This document shows positions 61,781 through 64,000 of a stretch of 64,000 nucleotides of DNA, piece after piece (positions within the stretch are counted from its first letter, which is position 1; each line of letters starts with the position of its first letter). The position numbers were made by a program, and so were the translations under genes. The notes beneath the pieces are model-generated. The model was not told the DNA's origin. It was given only the letters and a program-made list of their open reading frames with translations, and searched no databases. Source of the stretch: Microthyrium microscopicum (taxonomy: Eukaryota); assembly GCA_010405405.1 (NCBI GenBank), contig MU004236.1:694576-758575 (forward strand), given 5' to 3'.

Positions 61781-63088
61781 ATGCCTGCTGCGTTCAATGC
61801 TGCAGATCACGCACGTAAATGCCTCCAACTCTATCGTAGTCTCCTACGCGCCTGCTCCTATCTACCCGACTCGGTAGCCCGAAACCACATTCATCGTCAC
61901 ATAGTCTACCGCTTCCGAAACTACAATTCCCGCGCAAAGGTTCTCGTTGCTGTCGCTGCACAGTCAAGATCATGGAATGAACGAAAAGATGCCGAGGAGA
62001 CTCTTCAAACACGTTTGGGCAAGGCGCAAGCTTCGCTGAGGACTCTTGAGAAAGCCAATGCTGGAGGCTTGCTCTCCTTGCAGTATGTTCTGAGATGGGC
62101 ATATGGACGCGTTGGAAAGAGGAGATTTGAGCTTTTGAAGCCACTGCTGGAGCCAGATACAACGCCTGGAAATGGCAGTATTACAACCCGCCCAGCTCTG
62201 TCAGAGCCGCCCCAAAAACGAGGCTATGATTTGGCGATAGTTCCTATCTCGGATATATTCACGCCTCCAAAAGTGTCAAGGGAACACATTGTCTACGATA
62301 TCTCTCCGAAGTATAGCAAGCTAAGGGCCATTATTTTAGCTCAGGTCAACCTCGGCAAGCTGCTACCACACAGCGAGAGAGTGCTCAGGAGCTATTTGTT
62401 GAAGATCCCAACCAAGAACGAATGGAATCGTCCCATGCCACTTGTTAGGGTGAAAAATTTTGCCAACAAACATTATGCTTGGCTTCTGGAAAAGGTCCTC
62501 CCACCACTCCCTGACAAGGACTGGCTTTGGCTATACGAGTTGGCAACTGGAACTCGCAAATGGGAGGGCGTTCCAAAACGACGAAAGAGAGTTGTCGTTC
62601 AGCATCCAGAGAAATATAGCGCTCGGGATTTGGAGAGCATTCTGCACGTCGGCCGAGTACAGTCTCTTTCGCCAAGCGAACAGTCGACTCGTAGCCAATA
62701 CTCTACGGACGACGTTGAGAAAGTCCTTGGTCGCCTACCACAATCTTTGCACCATTTCGATTCCAAGGATACGTGGCTTGAAGATAGTCAGCTCTTTGAG
62801 CAATCCAAGAGCAACGTCTTGGAGGAGGAGCTCAATGTTGGTGGTCAATTTGCAGTGACAAGAAACTCTAGCGATGATCCTCACACCATCACTGAGCGAT
62901 ACATGAAAAGGCAACTGAAAGCGATACTGGTTGAATGTCCGAGGCTTAGCAAAGACAAACAGACAGGTGGATGGGAAGTTACTTCAGGTATCTTTGCCTC
63001 TAAAGAAGCACCGGATACTTCGACTTTGGCACCTCTTTTTGATATGATGGAGCTTGGCACAAGCGCGCGAGAATCTGTAGCTCGATAG
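61781..63088 (+). CDS. LYR-motif-containing hypothetical (probably mitochondrial) protein
   Basis: 435-aa ORF; LQLYRSLLRACSYLPD..HI..RFR; AYGRVGKRR.EL; N.W.RPMP. Confidence 0.75.
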   Translation: MPAAFNAADHARKCLQLYRSLLRACSYLPDSVARNHIHRHIVYRFRNYNSRAKVLVAVAAQSRSWNERKDAEETLQTRLGKAQASLRTLEKANAGGLLSLQYVLRWAYGRVGKRRFELLKPLLEPDTTPGNGSITTRPALSEPPQKRGYDLAIVPISDIFTPPKVSREHIVYDISPKYSKLRAIILAQVNLGKLLPHSERVLRSYLLKIPTKNEWNRPMPLVRVKNFANKHYAWLLEKVLPPLPDKDWLWLYELATGTRKWEGVPKRRKRVVVQHPEKYSARDLESILHVGRVQSLSPSEQSTRSQYSTDDVEKVLGRLPQSLHHFDSKDTWLEDSQLFEQSKSNVLEEELNVGGQFAVTRNSSDDPHTITERYMKRQLKAILVECPRLSKDKQTGGWEVTSGIFASKEAPDTSTLAPLFDMMELGTSARESVAR

Positions 63089-63319
63089 TTCGTCAATACC
63101 AGAATTCAGCAACTCAAAGCCCTGAAACCTTCAACGTTGGTACCTTGCATCCGATATCGGAATTATCCAGAATAGTTGGCATCACTTGAGGCTCTGTCCG
63201 GGTGAATATCACACTACATCTCTAGGGCGTCAAACAAATATTCGAATTTTTTGAACAGTTTTAATCGACAAGGCATCCATCAACACCGCAAATCCAACTA
63301 GGCCAAAAGTGCTCTCGAA

Positions 63320-64000
63320 ATGTCCGACCAACCTATAATCCGCTTCGCAACAAAAGACGGTAGGCCGAGTCTCAACTCAGTACAATAACCATCTTACCTG
63401 TCTAGATGTCTCATCAATCCTCTTCTTGATCAAAGAGCTCGCTATTTTCGAGAATGCACTCGACTCCGTCGAAACTACTGAACAATCCCTTCTCGACACG
63501 CTCTCATTTCCAAACACCCCAGATGCAGTCAGCCTAAGCGATTTCAGCCCAGGCTTTGCTCGAACATTCTTGCTCATAGTGCCCAACTCCAACGTCACTG
63601 ATGTGCCCAAGGCACATGATGGCAGTGTTGCGGGCATGGCGCTCTTCTTCACCAACTACTCCACATGGCGAGGTAAGATTCCCCTGCACTAAATCACATT
63701 TCCTCACGACATGCAACGAATTCAAAAACAGCATATCTCCCTTCGCATTCGATGGCCGGTTTACCTTTTTACCAGGAAAAGAGCAAAGGGGCTTTTAGGC
63801 ATGCTGGCTTCAATCGTAATGGGTCCTGACACATTCCAGGTGCACCGGGAGTATATCTCGAAGACTTGTATGTGCGCCAGCAGTTCCGTCGTAAAGGACA
63901 TGCGCGTTTGCTGCTCGGTGCGCTGGCCAAGGAGACAATTAGGCTTGGAGGGAAACGCTTGGAGTGGAGTTGCTTGAATTGGAACGTCAATGCGTTGAAA
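63320..64000 (+). CDS. GNAT N-acetyltransferase (SSAT/Ats1-like); runs off the window
   Basis: IRFATKD|DV..IL.LIKELA.FE, GMALFFTNYSTWR|GAPGVYLEDLYVR..FRRKG..LL..LAKE..G.RLEWSCLNWN..A. Confidence 0.9.

Overview
Eukaryotic, intron-containing DNA from a filamentous ascomycete. GT..AG introns with CTRAY branch points, RIP-mutated repeats, and HET and DUF3328 genes indicate Pezizomycotina; a finer placement is not possible from sequence alone. The window holds about 24 protein-coding genes and two intron-containing tRNA genes (Ile-AAT, Asn-GTT). Housekeeping-type genes include SEA4/MIOS, a coilin-like protein, IMP peptidase, ETF-alpha, RSC8/SWI3, GH47, cPLA2-like, AVL9, THG1, Rab4-like, an MFS transporter, SWI6/Cdc10-like, a LYR protein and a GNAT. 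A 9-kb AT-rich block (11595-20646) is a RIP-destroyed Ty1/copia element with LTRs and a 5-bp TSD, containing a nested solo LTR and a nested TIR-bounded composite structure around an assembly gap. The most interesting signals are: (1) a secreted protein ending in four Kex2-cleavable YFAGTEYIA-type repeats, about 4 kb from a DUF3328/UstYa oxidase, a candidate new dikaritin RiPP system; (2) a FAR1-type DNA-binding domain fused to a tartrate-dehydrogenase-like domain with degenerate catalytic residues, followed by a 119-codon in-frame extension past its stop; (3) a tandem pair of small Cys/His-rich genes with matching intron positions; (4) an optional AT-hook segment in RSC8. All gene models were spliced by eye, so exon boundaries are predictions.
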